Shown here piece by piece: positions 42,401 through 61,090 of a stretch of DNA of 64,000 nt (the stretch's first letter is position 1; every line of letters begins with the position of its first letter). The notes under the pieces were generated by a model. The model did not search any database. It saw only the letters and a list, made by a program, of their open reading frames with translations, and was not told the DNA's origin. The DNA is from Trichoplax sp. H2. Lineage: Eukaryota. Position numbers and translations under genes: made by a program. The stretch is from positions 1 to 64,000 of the forward strand of contig NOWV01000152.1 in assembly GCA_003344405.1 (NCBI GenBank), given 5' to 3'.

Positions 42401-45400
42401 TAACGTTAAATATATTAACATGTCTACTAGAATTGTAACCTCGCATTTTTTCGATAGGTCCACCTGCACGCTCCTATAATACGGTGACAATAATAAGAAA
42501 GCAGAAATTGAACAATCTAATCCATAAGATAAGTATATGATAGCAAAAACGATGCAATAACGACATCAATAAGACAATTGTACTGTGATTGTAACAGTAC
42601 TTGTGCTCTCAGGTATCCATGCCATAAAGCTGCTACCCATGGGCAATTTCTGATAGCTCTTTCGTAGACTTGTACCGCAATACTCCACACTTTCAACTTC
42701 GTATCCTACAGTAGAAAAATTGAAAGAAATGAATAGTTTACTAAGAGAACAAATAATGCTTTTAATAACTTCAGCTATGCATAATGTGAATAAATTTTAC
42801 GTTCTTACGAAACTGTTAAATGTCCAGGCATAATTTAATAATATAAATTAGAACATGCAATCATATCAAAGTTGAATAAAATCTACCAAATATTGCGTGT
42901 AGCTCTGCCACAGTTCTGGAGAAAGGCAATGATTTCGTAAGCTTCTTTCGTAGAGACATTGAATTCTAGCAGGCTCGTTGGTTGTTTTTTCAAATTCTAT
43001 GTAATTTTTATATCCCTCTAATGTTGATTCAACCGATAGCTGTAGCATAGAATTATAGTAATGATATTTTTAATAAGAGAAAGTCAGATAAATACACCTG
43101 AAATAATATGAATATAGTTTAAATCTAATTTCTTACCAAAGAATCTTCATATTGCATTCGTTGGTCAAGTTTCTCTACAGCTTGCTCATATAATTGTTTG
43201 GTATATTCATCTATGGAGTCTTTGCCCATCCAACTTTCAAAATCCCGCCAAGTACCCTGCATACCTATTAAATATAATCATTTTATTTTATTCTGTTCTT
43301 ATTACAGTATTAATTATGGACACCAATTTTTTATCTGCAGATGGTATACTTAAGTGTTACCTAATAGAGGAACTGCTAATTGTCTTTTGTACAGGGTAGT
43401 AATCCTATCTTTCTGATCAAGTCTATTAAATAGCAATGAGAAATGTAACGCTTCGAAAGATACAGGAATGTAAGTATGATATATATATATATCATGGTTA
43501 TTATTTCTAAAAAGGTAGTAACATGTCTACTACGATATGCAATGGCCTTTTCAAAATTAATACACATATAAAAATTTCACGTTAATACAATATTCAATTA
43601 CATTTAGAGGGGCAAGTATAACTGTGCTTTAATTCAATACAATACTAGCGTACGATATTAATAAGTTAATCCGTTTACAAATAACGAACATACAATTCTT
43701 TCGCAATAGAGGTCAAGTCATCAGTTTCCTAGCAAATTATTCAACACAAGGTAGTACTTTGATCAAAATGCAGTATCTTAATTAAGAAAGAAGCATAACA
43801 TGCTATCATCAATCGCTGCAGTTCTTACAGTCATCGAATTTAAGATATTAATTTCATATTCTCGGTAATCATCCCAAATATAACAACCCTATGATTAATT
43901 CAGTGAAAAAAATTGGAGTGGCAACGTCATACCAGATTTCTTATCATTTAAAGATTGTCATCTATCATACTATGGGCTTTTATAGAATTTGATCGTGATT
44001 GTACCTTAGTTAAGTGGAGTCCAACGGAAGTAAGAGCTCGTTCATAAATATTTCTGATATCATTATGATTGCCTACTTTTTCCGTTATACAATATGACGC
44101 GTACTTTTGCCACAATCCAACAGCTATAAAATGCAAAAGCAAGAAAGGAGAGTGATTCAATTTTCTTCTTAACTATTCGTATGCATTGATTGATTATGCA
44201 TACCATACGGTGATAGCATAATAGTAAATAATAGAAAAAGCTGGTATTTATTACTATATTACAGAAAAAAGTGACAAAAATTCTTTTGTAAGATACGAAC
44301 AGAGGTAATCAATTATAGATTTGTCAAGTAATTCGACAAGACCGGCTTTTTCTTCTTCTGTTTGCGCGATATTTGCTTCATCGGAGACCCATTGCATCCA
44401 TAAATCTGCAAATATATATTTAAATTATCTAAATTTGTTTTAAACTATTTTCAAGTTATCAATGAATAAGGCAAGAGTGAAATCAATTGTCTGCCTAAAT
44501 AGACATGTGAAGTAAATGATAAAATAGAATTTAAAATTATAAGATTTGAATTTTCAATATGACTACTCAATTTATTCAATATACTGTATAATCAGTAGTT
44601 AGTGAAAAGGGCCACATTTCCACTAGCCAAAAAATCCTATAAGGATAACACCACTGTAGATGTCATGAAGGTATGCAGCATTTCATACTGCAACATTTCT
44701 ACCAATCGAGAACTTGTGCGGTATACGTGTGTAAGTGATGGATGCATATTTGAGTTGCGAATTTGGTTATATCAGTTCTACCACTAAAGATTCCTCTAGT
44801 ATTCATTTTGCATAGGGATAAAATTACGAATTGTACCGTACTGCTAGATCTAATATCTATTCATTCGATCGTAATACTCTATGTACCAAGGAAGCACATT
44901 GTTTATAGATTGGCAAATAGCACTTTCTATATACTGTAACGGTTGCATTTGGCACGAAATGCCCTTCACTGATTATTGTTGATCGTATTACCTTCAGTAA
45001 GTGGAAATAGTTGATTCATTTTCTTGCGGATTGATCGTAATCGTACAAGATCACCTTGCTGTCTTAATAAATTGATGAGTTCAACGTAGGAATCGTAATG
45101 GAATTCATTCTTGTGGAGCTATAGCATGTATAAGAGAAAGAAAATTGAACTGTAGAACAAGGTGAAATTGTTGTTGCTAAGGCTACAACAGCAACGATGA
45201 AATGATCGTCTTTGCCGATATTGGCAGTCTATGCGTAGTATCAACCTAATTCATAACTGCTACTATTGCAATAGTAGCAGTCATCATCTCGATTGCATAC
45301 AAGATGGAATCATTTTTATCGTCTATTGCTATCGACATACATAACTTAGTAAATGATCCACACGTTGAGCTAAAGCTCCTTCTTCTTCATCATCCGTATC

Positions 45401-45499
45401 ACTACTACTACTACCGTAGCTATCGGAGGTATCCTCCTCTTGATCTATGTTGGTATCGTCATCATCGCCATGTTGGACCACTTCGTCATGACTATCCAT
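39402..45499 (-). CDS. SART3: SART3/p110 U4/U6 recycling factor (HAT repeats, two RRMs, LSm-interaction motif)
   Basis: HAT-type peptides (IYERALTSVGLH, CLYERSL, YERAIRNCPW), RRM RNP1 motifs KGYGYVEF and RGFAYIEF, and C-terminal SNDDFRKML. Confidence 0.93.
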
Positions 45500-45809
45500 G
45501 CCTACTTTCTATAGTGTGTAATGATAGTCAAGAGCTACAGCAAGAATAAGTCTCAAAATTGATCTTCAAACAGTCTCCAATTACTACTGTACCAGTAATT
45601 AACTTGTTTAAACTGCGCTGAAATAGAGTTGACAATATTGATGGCGTTCTTCCTTGCAGAATGGGATGCTAGATTGAAGAAGGAAAGTAGTCTAGATCAG
45701 TTGCGCTTGCCAATGCAGCAGTCTTTTACTACTGTAGCTGATACATCCGCTTAACGGCATACTGTAGTCTTGCTCACCGATCAGCTGATGGATTTGTACT
45801 CAAATTATT

Positions 45810-47070
45810 CACCATGACGTACAGTGTACACTACTGTAGTACACAGTGCGCCGTACTGTAAATCTACAGTACAGTGTACTGTAGAGGGTCTCAACAAATC
45901 TACTCAGTCAATGACTATGAAATGAAATCATGGATCCTAGACAGGGATTGATGTGAACTCCATTTTGAATCCTATACTGTATGATTTAGAGGCACGCAAC
46001 AGCGACTTGTGAGACAGAGTCGCTGCTACCAACGTCCACTTTAGTGTTGCAAGCAAGCATGGACTGCCAAAGGCGCATTACGCAACCAACCTGGCAGCGA
46101 ATGAAATAGGATGTGTGCAGAAAGCTCGACCATTTTGAACGCGTATATAAGATGGATAACCCTAGAGGTACAGAACGATCTGGAGGCGAAATGATGCCAC
46201 CCCTCATCTCATAATCCTTCAGGTTGGTATTATGGTGACAAATATTTTGCACCATACTGTCCTAGTGTACTGTATACCAAACAAGATGTTGACGGAAGGA
46301 CGGGACATAAGGATAACATTCCCCATTGACCACAAGAAATAGTGGACTGTCTGGACTGGACACTGTCCTCGGATAGACGGACTTTGTATACCAGTTGTAG
46401 CCGAAAATGTGGAAAAGGAGTAACTCAGTAGAGATCTTCCGTATCTGCTTTCGAAATCAATCGTCTTAATTTAAATAACCTTGATGATCTACAGCTACTG
46501 CTTCCAAGTAGAGCTTAGTAACAGGCAATAGAATACAATGGACAGTAATATTACTTAATTTAGAAAAAATCATTTAGACTGTCTGCGTACTAAAGTAATG
46601 TACAGTACTGTACTGTCATAATGAAGTGTTGGACACCATTTGTTGACCAAAATTGGCCCAATGTCTGTCCGTCCAAAGGAGTGTCCAGTTCAGTCCCAGG
46701 TCTGCAGCTATTTGGCCAGAACGGTTCTGTCAATGACAGCTATGGGTCTTTTAAAACGTAGCCGTAAGCCCGAAAAGGGTAAAACTAACTCAAAAGCCAT
46801 TCAACAATCAACAATAAGATTGGATGGAGCACTGGGTGGACTTGTAGATACCGCGACAAGTCCATCGCCATATATAGTAAATCTATCTCCATTTAGTCCT
46901 CGACTATTATTCTGGGCCATGCCGGTGCGCGCGGTGTACTCGAGTACAGAGTACAGTGTACAGTGTAGGTAGTACAGTGCACAGTACTGTAGCACCACCA
47001 TCACTGAACTGTACACTCTGTAAAACTTCGACGCTAACAAATGGCATAACTCTATCGTACAGTACTATGA
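45810..47070. repeat. CAGTA/TACTG-rich island containing a dispersed-repeat core
   Basis: Pentamer clusters at 45818-45883, 46597-46616 and 46935-47068, and blocks shared with the 13.5 kb island. Confidence 0.78.
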
Positions 47071-47199
47071 GTCTGTATGGCAAGTAACTGGTGATAGAGA
47101 CTCAATAACAGATATAGTCTTCATTATTCAAAGCCATTTCTTGGGTCCAAAAGTGCCCAACCGTTCTGAACCGTAACGGAGGATGAGTCCAATTTGAAG

Positions 47200-47214
47200 G
47201 TTATCCATGGAAAC
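47200..47214. promoter_or_regulatory. X-box-like motif GTTATCCATGGAAAC upstream of the GT31 gene
   Basis: Near-palindromic GTT...ATGGAAAC element. Confidence 0.35.
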
Positions 47215-47992
47215 CCTAGTGTCGACGATGGCTATAATAGTTGCAAATATCATGTCCACGAAAGGCATTGGTTTGGTGTTTTCTTATTAAAGCATCGATC
47301 GATCTGGACGGTAGATCGAGGCCTATATACGCCGCAAAATATCTTGTTGATAACCGTTGTTGCCTTGGTCATTTTGCATTTCCTTCTTTTTATTCGCCAT
47401 TGCACTAGATATACACTCATTACAATACAAAACATTGATTAACACTTTAGGCCATCTTTCATCGTATGAAGAAGGATGATGAACATTCGATATCCCTAAT
47501 CCTGACAATGGGCTATGGCTGGTGGTGTGGTATATCCACGGTTGGCATTGATATGACTTAACTAAGTACTTTATGCCCAATACTTCACTCTATTACATTG
47601 ACTTTACGGCTAGAAATAGCCTACAATTAATTGCTACAGTAATTATAATTGTCATTGGTTTTGGCCAACCTATTTGGTTACGATTGATGTAAGTTCAATA
47701 ATAATTTAACAACATAATTATCGCCATCATTATCCATGGACGGGGGATATTCAATTTGTAAAGATTATCATGAGTCCTCAGTATGGAGTAGCACGATAAA
47801 GGGAGACCCACGTAGACGTATATATGCATTTCTACAAGTAGCCCATGGCAGATACGATTACTGCATTTCAATCCAATACTACTGAATTTTTAGAAATCAA
47901 TTGATTGAAAAATTTGTCTTTTTTGTTCTATCTCTCACTCTTTCTTCATCTTTCTCTCCTGACAGTAACGATCTCATTCAAATTACCAGAGG

Positions 47993-49135
47993 ATGGCTTC
48001 TTTGACAAATTGTAACTGTACTTTGCGCCGAATTGCTTATTTAGTCATTGCCTCACTCATTGTTGGACAAGTTCTAATGATTTATCATGTCATTGTTAAA
48101 AAAGATGCTCATAAGTATAAAGTACACCAAATTAATGTATCATTCCATAAGAATTATTCTTCCGATCAAGATAATGATGAATTTACTGATATAACCAGCA
48201 ATTTCTCCAGTGTTGTCATTGACAAATTAAAATCAGAAGCTACTCTAAATAATGTATCTTTCCTGGCGCCTATGATAGCATCGCCGACGGCATGTGAATC
48301 AATGAATTATCTATTATTAGTTATCAATTCCAAAGTGGAACATGCTGGACGCCGCTTAGCGATACGACAATCGTGGGGAGATGCCAAAAATATTGACCAT
48401 TTCAATGAAAAGGCAAAAACAACCAAAGCTGCTCCACCACTAAAATGGAAATTAATCTTTATCGTTGGTCGTTCCAACACCGCTGATATCAATAAGAAGA
48501 CAGAAGCAGAAGCCAAGCAATATGGTGATTTAATTATTGGAGATTTTACCGATTCAATGAAATCGTTAACTTTGAAAACAGTCATGGCGATGCAATGGGC
48601 TAAACATTTTTGCTCTCCTGCAATTTATTATAAAGGTGACGATGATGTCTTTGTCAATCCTTATTTACTTTATCAGATCGCTGAAGGTTATGTTCGCAAT
48701 AACATTAAGAAAGAATGGATATGCCGTGCTCATATCCATCCTATAAGCCGTAGGCCTGTACGTAATAAAAGGCATCGCTATTACGTACCTTATAGTAAAT
48801 ATCGTCAAAAGTTATTTCCTTATTTTTGCTCTGGTTTTGCCTATGTTATGACGGGTGATGCTTTAAGCAGCATGGTCAGTGTTGTTAAGACGACTCCAAT
48901 CATCGATTCAGTAGACGATGCTTTTGTTGGCATATTAGCTGATAAAGTTAAAATAAAACCAAAGCACGATAAAAGATTTAAAGTATATGATCGCTACGAT
49001 CGTCGCCCCAATAGATTTAATAGGCCTAATGTTGAAATTGAACTAATGCGAAAGACACTCGCTGAGCATGGTATTTACTATCTAAAAATGAAAACCTATA
49101 TGGCCAACACTAACAAGGCTATGCTGGTAAAATGA
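47993..49135 (+). CDS. Beta-1,3-galactosyltransferase / GT31 family type II membrane glycosyltransferase with intronless CDS
   Basis: N-terminal TM and motifs RRLAIRQSW, EAKQYGDLI, LTLKT, KGDDDVFVN (DxD), PYFCSGFAYV and DDAFVG. Confidence 0.92.
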   Translation: MASLTNCNCTLRRIAYLVIASLIVGQVLMIYHVIVKKDAHKYKVHQINVSFHKNYSSDQDNDEFTDITSNFSSVVIDKLKSEATLNNVSFLAPMIASPTACESMNYLLLVINSKVEHAGRRLAIRQSWGDAKNIDHFNEKAKTTKAAPPLKWKLIFIVGRSNTADINKKTEAEAKQYGDLIIGDFTDSMKSLTLKTVMAMQWAKHFCSPAIYYKGDDDVFVNPYLLYQIAEGYVRNNIKKEWICRAHIHPISRRPVRNKRHRYYVPYSKYRQKLFPYFCSGFAYVMTGDALSSMVSVVKTTPIIDSVDDAFVGILADKVKIKPKHDKRFKVYDRYDRRPNRFNRPNVEIELMRKTLAEHGIYYLKMKTYMANTNKAMLVK

Positions 49136-50950
49136 AAGTAACGTCGACTACACAAGTCCCTACCTAAAATGATTTTTTTACACCGTAGCAAGCTCCACAC
49201 AATAATATTGACCAACAACAGCCATGTTCATGTACAAGGTAGTCTTTCTGAACTGATTCTACGCATCGAAGGAATGACCGTATTAATCATGCTCATATCG
49301 AACTCTGAACATTTCACTAGTTAATTACGATTTCATATTGTGATGAAGAATAGGATGGGAAATAACTTAATATTGTTGTTTTATAGCATAATTTATATTT
49401 ATTAGTAAAAAATTTTCATTGCAATATGATTACTTATTGGATTCAAGAATTAATTGAAAGTTGTCAATATTGATAATAACTGTTGCTTGCTCATAATAGC
49501 ACTTTTTGACTTATATATATATATTAAGAAGACAACAGGGGGACATTATATAGATTTCAGTAAAGTCAACTCTCAGTAGCTTATATATTTTTAAAAACTT
49601 TTATTTCCATGATATACTTATTATTCTATTCGTTATAGTATCCTCGTTAAATGATTACTTTATATTTAATCAAGTATAAACGATTGCCTATTATATAATT
49701 ATAATTTATAATAAGTATGGATACATTAATAGTAGCTCCGGCTACAGCATGTATATATAATTTTTCTCTTTGTGATCTAATGTACAGATCAAATAATAAA
49801 AAAACTGCGTTAACTTCTTTTTACAACTTGCTATTATGTAAATTATAGAACATTATTGCCATTGTTATTCCTTGTACCCTTTAAGTACTGTAGGAGAATA
49901 GTGGTCGTAATGCACATCGTAGGTATTTTACCAGGGACTTCTCTCTTAGAAGACCCTGGTATTGCACTAACCTGATAAAATACCAACAGGTAATCGGATT
50001 CTTAAACATCAACATAATTAAATTCTAATTACACTTATAGGCTTATAGCTAGTAAAGTTAGTGAAAACCCTCAATACCAATATCCGTGTCTTAGTTCATC
50101 ACATGCAATAATTTGGCATTGAGTGATAACAATCAACGTAATTAATGTTTCACTGATTTGATAGATTTACTGATGTAATAAGTGGTGAATGATCGATTAG
50201 TTCTCTCATTTATAGTAAATGTCGCTGTATGTCACAAGTTACTGTTGCAGATCCTTCTGCTACTCTACTGCTGTATAAAATATTAAATAATTATCTAGTT
50301 CTTAATCTCGAAATTACCCATCAATTAATTATTATTAATTAATGCTTACAGAATAACACTAAGTTAAATACAATGAATATTTAGAGCTTTAGTTAGACAT
50401 AGAGTCAGGCTGATCAAAAGTTCTTTGAAGCCATCATGGTTGTTAAAGCAAGAATTACATCAGAAAGCATTCAACTATAGTATAAAAATATACTGCATAC
50501 TTAATTGGTGTATTCGGCTAGTTATCAGGGGCAATACTGCAATATGTACAACAAAAGTTTTGATATTACAATGCTTTAGTATGATGATTTCATATAGTAA
50601 TTCATTTAGTTTACTTCATCAACTGGAATACGCGTATTAGCAATTTTAAAAAAATACTATTACCAATTAAAGGCATATCAATGTCGTCATAACAATAGTC
50701 TTTCCTATCATGAAATGAGTAATATTATCTTTTAAAACATTTCTACCAAATGTTGAGCTGTACAAATTTAAATCTATTAGTAGATGTTAGGCACTCGATC
50801 TGTTTATAAATATACAACTTTACCAATTTCATCATATGAGTTAAGTTAAATATTCTTTTTGATGGCACATTACAAAATAGATTTTATCAAAAAACTACTA
50901 ATTACATATATGAACTTTCCTTTATCCGCTAATAATTGCAGTTTTCAGCT

Positions 50951-55874
<4,924 letters not shown>

Positions 55875-55989
55875 TGCCGTTGTACGCTTATTTCTAGAGG
55901 TATCTACCAGTAAATATAAAGCATTAATATACGAGAATATACCATATACAGCATTAAATTACTGTACTGTACTAAACGGTTATGGCACA

Positions 55990-57260
55990 ATCATCTATGA
56001 CGTCGATTTATTCACAGAGTGCAGCTGCTATTAATAAAGGATGATGATACGTGTATACTACAATTCTATACTACTAACAAACCAAGATTTGGTTTTTGGT
56101 ACTCGTACAGTATTTAACCATCATTGCAAACTCATCAATCGTAAATTCGATACTATTCTACTCAACGGTCATGTGCTATTAAGTAACTGCATGATACAGG
56201 TTTATTTACAGAGTGCAACTGCTATTAATAAATGGTGGTACAACGGGCGAGATAGCTTGCATTGATCAAATAGGCAATAGACCACACTTCTATGCTACTA
56301 GTATGCGATAACTTGATTTTGGGTACTTGTACAGTATTTAGCCATCATGACAAACATGAAACTATTTGAGTCAACAGTTATGTGGTTATCATGTATGATA
56401 TCGATATCATTCACTGCATAGCTGCTATTAATTAAAGGTGATGATGTAGGTGGGATGGTTTGCATGGAAATACCCTCACTGGTAAATAGGCGAGACTTCT
56501 ATGCTGCTAACATGCCCAAGATTTCGATTCTTGTTACTTGGAAGTATTAATGCATTATTGCAATCTCGTCACTAGCAACTATGAGACTATTCTACGAAGC
56601 AGTCATGCTACTACCATATATGGCGTTGATTTCATTCACAGAGCGCAGCTACCATTTATAAAAGGTGATGATATGGGTGAGATTGTTTGCATGGAAATAC
56701 CCGAATCAAATAGGCAAGGTATCTTTTCTGTTAACATACTCAAGACTTTATTTGTTGTTACTGTACTTGTATTAAGACATTATTGCAAACTCATCAGTGA
56801 TCAATATGAAATCATCTATGAAACTATTCTACTCAATAATCATGTTGCTAGCACGTATAACGTCCACTCTATCGACAGAGCGTGGCTGATCAAGATGATA
56901 CGTGTATGAGTGAGATAGCTTGCACGGAGATATCCTATCTAGTAGGCAAGGCACATGCTAACAAACCCAAGATTTCGTTTCTTGTTTGTCACTTGTATCG
57001 TATGAAGACATGGTTGCAATCTCATCAGTAGTCCATAGGACGCTATTCTACTCAACGGTGATGTTGCTATCATGTAATATGATGTCGATTTCATTCACAC
57101 AGCCCGGCTACTATTAGTAAAAGGTGATGAGATGGCTTGCATGGAAATACAGCACTGTGTACTGTGCAGTCTTTTAGCCATCATTGCAAACTCATCCGTA
57201 GCAAATACATGAGAAATTGCAATGATGACAGCCAAACAACATGCTGTAATCATGTCGATT
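55990..57260. repeat. Degenerate tandem array, ~6 units of ~200-235 bp
   Basis: Recurring gtcgatttcattcacagagcgcagct...aaaggtgatga...tgcatggaaatacc...ccaagattt...cattgcaaactcatc...tattctactcaacggt with unit starts near 56002, 56199, 56401, 56625, 56862 and 57084. Confidence 0.85.
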
Positions 57261-58114
57261 TACGCATTATTATTATTGCATTATAACTTTGTTTGTGGTA
57301 CTTCTATCGTATTCCTGACCAGCCTAGGATAAGGTCTAGAGGCCATGTAAATCTCCATTTTATGAATAACTACATTATTGTCGTGTTCAATACTAAGGAG
57401 CGATTGGGATTCAAATGCAGCTTAGGAAGCCGACCATTGAAGAGGTACAGGACATTACTGCAGTCCAATCAATGTCAATTTCTATTTGCTAAAAGAACTA
57501 CAACCTTGTCAGGTTCAACAAGAAGCAATTAGAATCCCAATGCAGCTTAGGAAGATCGCCATTCAAGAGGTCCATGCCTGCAATTCAATCCTAGCAAGCT
57601 TACGTGCTTTAGTAGGGAGTCATTTTTCACTACAAGTCAGCCATAGATCAAGTGATGCGCTGCAGTAGGTGAAGCACTAAAACAGTGACAGAAATGATAG
57701 TACATGCCTAGACATGAAACGACGTGACCTTTACCATCACGTACTGGTGTGAGTCGAATCAATGGCGATACGATAGTTGATCACCAAATGGCAAGTATCC
57801 ATTTCGAGCTAAGCTTAGTGTTATATTGGTAGACAGTTTTGTCAAGATGATTACTCTGTTAATGACTTTGTATTATTATTATCAATTAGCGAATTGAGAG
57901 TACCGTTGGATGGCGGAATAGCGAGGATAGTATCTTATTGGATCGCCAAACAAGTTAAAAGCCAAAGAAGTGCTTGACGAAAATAACGACACAGTATTGC
58001 AGTGGGTTGATCCAGGGACCCGTGAGCAAGAGAGAGTGATGCCACTGGCTCTGTTATGACGATGATGTGAAGATGTGACAACCGATGGAACGTCAATCTC
58101 CTTGCGACGATGCA

Positions 58115-58610
58115 GTACAGTATACTGTACAGTACTGTACCCTACAGTTGTACAGTTATACTGTACTGTACTGTACTGTACTGTACTGTACAGTAGTGCA
58201 ATCAAGGACTGGTAGTCTCAATATTGTTAATTCAACAATAAAGTAGGTAATGTACAGTACTGTCCTTAATGTCTGTCCGTACTATACAGTGTACTGTACA
58301 TACACTGGTAGTCTGGTACAATAGTCTCAATATTGTTAAGTCAACAATAATAAAGTAGGTACAGTACTGTACTGTCCAGGATGTCTGTCCGTACTATACA
58401 CTGTACACTGTACAGTAGGCCCAGCCATAATAACCCCGATTACTCAGATACTCAGCGTAAATAGCTTATAGTGTACAGTACAGTGTACAGTACAGTACAG
58501 TAGTGTAATCAAGGTCTGGTAGTCTGGTACAGTACTGTACAATAGTCTCAATATTGTTAAGTCAACAATAATAAAGTAGGTACTGTGCTGTCCGTCATGT
58601 CTGTCTGTCG
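58115..58610. repeat. (TACTG/CAGTA)n island with three copies of a unit containing agtctcaatattgttaa(g/t)tcaacaat...aaagtaggta...atgtctgtc
   Basis: Unit core visible at about 58214, 58323 and 58544, with a pure (tactg)n run at 58159-58190. Confidence 0.88.
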
Positions 58611-59399
58611 ATGGTATTTCAACTATCTGTAGATGCGATCATGTGACTCATGCCGCAGTCCGGTCCGGTTCGGTTCATGCGATGCGAGATGATCATGGTA
58701 CGCGTACTAGAGTTCTTTTTTACTACTATAGTATCAACTGATCAACTCTGCATGTCGGCTAATACCTTCCATACTGTGGACAGTACTAAATAGCTCTTGG
58801 AAAAGAAGTCCACAACCATTTAACCGTTCCTAACTAGGTACCAATTATGGCCTACTGAAAAAGAATCTTTTCAGTAGTCCATGGCAGAGAAATGCAAAGC
58901 ACACTGGCAGAAGCTGTGGAGATTGGACAGCTGCTTGTCGGTGTTGAGGCTAAAATTGTTATTATTATTAACTGTAAATTGCTGTCAATTAACCATAATG
59001 AATTGCAACAGAGAGGTCGACGTCATGTTTATGATAGGGACGGTTGTAAACTTTTTTCCAAGCCTCGTCGTTTACTGTACTGTATAGTGTATAGTTGATC
59101 TGTTTTTTTCTCCTGTTGTAGTGGCGTCGACAGAAAAGAAAAGAGCCTCGGACATACTGGCAGTAACAGTTCGTTTTGCACACTTTTGGTGTAAGAGTGC
59201 AGTAGCATAGAGAGCGATTGGATTAGTAGAATTTAGAATGTACAGTAATAATTATAAATTTCATTGAAATCATTTGTCATGTCGACAGGACCTGGAGGAG
59301 ATGAAGGATGATCGAGGGAAAATAGTATACTGTACTGTACTCTGCAGTCGTAAGTAACAAATTACTGATGCAGTAGCTTAACCATGGCCAACTTGTCCT

Positions 59400-61090
59400 T
59401 TGATATAGAATAATATTGCTCTTGGCAGTAAGGCAATGAGGTCAAGGGGACGACAGCTCATTTTGCGCACTAGATGAGCAATACCAACCGAAAGTTACGG
59501 GCAAAATCAACTGCCAGTACCTCCTTTTCCTTTATCAGTAAGCAACATGATGGACTGGGGACTAGCTGCAACTTTGGTCTTTTCGACTTCAAATTTCGCA
59601 TCGTAAAAATGAGGTCAATATTGGCAATGATTACATCATTGCAAGGCCATAGACTACTTCTCGAATTTCTTCCAGTAGTCCTTTGCAAAGCTAATATGCC
59701 GCACGCGTGCTCCTACTCAAATGCATCACAGGTGTGCAACCTTCTTAAGTAACTAAATAGATCTAAATAAATAGACCAAAATGGATGAAATTTGAACCAA
59801 TCTATAGTAGAGCATAGTGGAGTAAGCGTAAAACACGCTAGACGGACCGATGGAAGAAACTTAACGTTGTATCCGTCCTCAATTATGTAATCAATTATAT
59901 AATGATCTTTCGACCATGATGATGAATTATTAATAATAATATTGGTAGAAATATCAATTAGGATGCAATATGATTATTGGACTCCATGACGCAAACGCGT
60001 ATCACTTCCATATAAGTGATCATTTGTAAATAAAGCACCTGTGCAATCTGTCTACTACAATCAATCATCGTTGTGGATCAGTCGTAAATGCATCTTGAGC
60101 AATACCTATTCTTCCTCGACTATTTTTATCATCAGCATGTTGAAAGTTAATTAATTGACAATAACAACACAATAGTTAGCGTGTAATAAAGGATAATGTA
60201 TAAAAATGCCCAACATCTCCTTGCATTTCACACCAGAAAGATGGGAAAAATTGGGGATACGGCATAACTTTAACGCTGTACTAGTAAACACAAATTAATA
60301 ATATGGAATAGTCGCAGTTGAATCATTTTTAATTCAATTCTCCAGTGACGTCTAGTACAGTAGAGTATTAATAATTTAAAATTGACTATTAGTTGGTCTA
60401 GATAGCCATTTGTGTCACCAAAAGAGACATCAATTCTCTTCCTACTTTTCATTTTTTACTTCCAATTGATAGCTGATATCGATAGCATAACAAGTCGAGA
60501 CTTTACGATAAGATCAGTCGACCACAATACAAAACCCATATCAATGAAGAAGAACGCTTTGTAACTTCTTCCATCTTAATCTGTTGATCCAAATCACACT
60601 TTGAAAAGTTTATCTACCATCATTGCATCCTACCCATCGAGTATAGGACAAGGACAACCAAATGATTTAATGTTTTCCCACTATCGTCACTGCAATTAGA
60701 AAGACGAAGAATATCCTTTATTTATTTCTTGGTGCAAACGAAGAACCGCCATTGCTTTCAATCTATTGGTTCTGTGTCAATAAACCGACAATCAAAAGTT
60801 GCCAACTCTAGCGATGGATGGCTGTAAGTACTTCGCAACTCACCTAGTTTAATACGTAGAAAACTAAAATAGCAGAAACTTGAAGCCGTTAATAAAAGTA
60901 GCATGTTAAGAAGGATATCGTCCAATCTTGATACTGTGCGCGGTAATACAATAATTTGGATAAATAATTCGATAGATTGTTGCACACCAGGAACATTCGA
61001 ACCATAACGATAAAGTTTGATCGTGCTATCCTTCTTGAAGTGGAATCTAGCATAGCAATTTGCAATGATAGATAAATCAATCAAATTGGC
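59400..61090 (-). pseudogene. Decayed NACHT-NTPase (STAND) gene remnant
   Basis: Motif relics appear in the expected order across broken frames: ILDG*D (~60627-60644), DLIVKSR (~60495-60515), KLCRIP (60253-60270), ILALQ/GLL (~59670-59700) and PH.LT/QE (~59415-59440). Many stops and frameshifts are present. Confidence 0.5.

Noticed and set aside
58185-58610. Repeat-spacer-like pattern as a CRISPR array
   Set aside because: Eukaryotic context, no cas genes, and the intervening sequence is low-complexity CAGTA repeat of irregular length.
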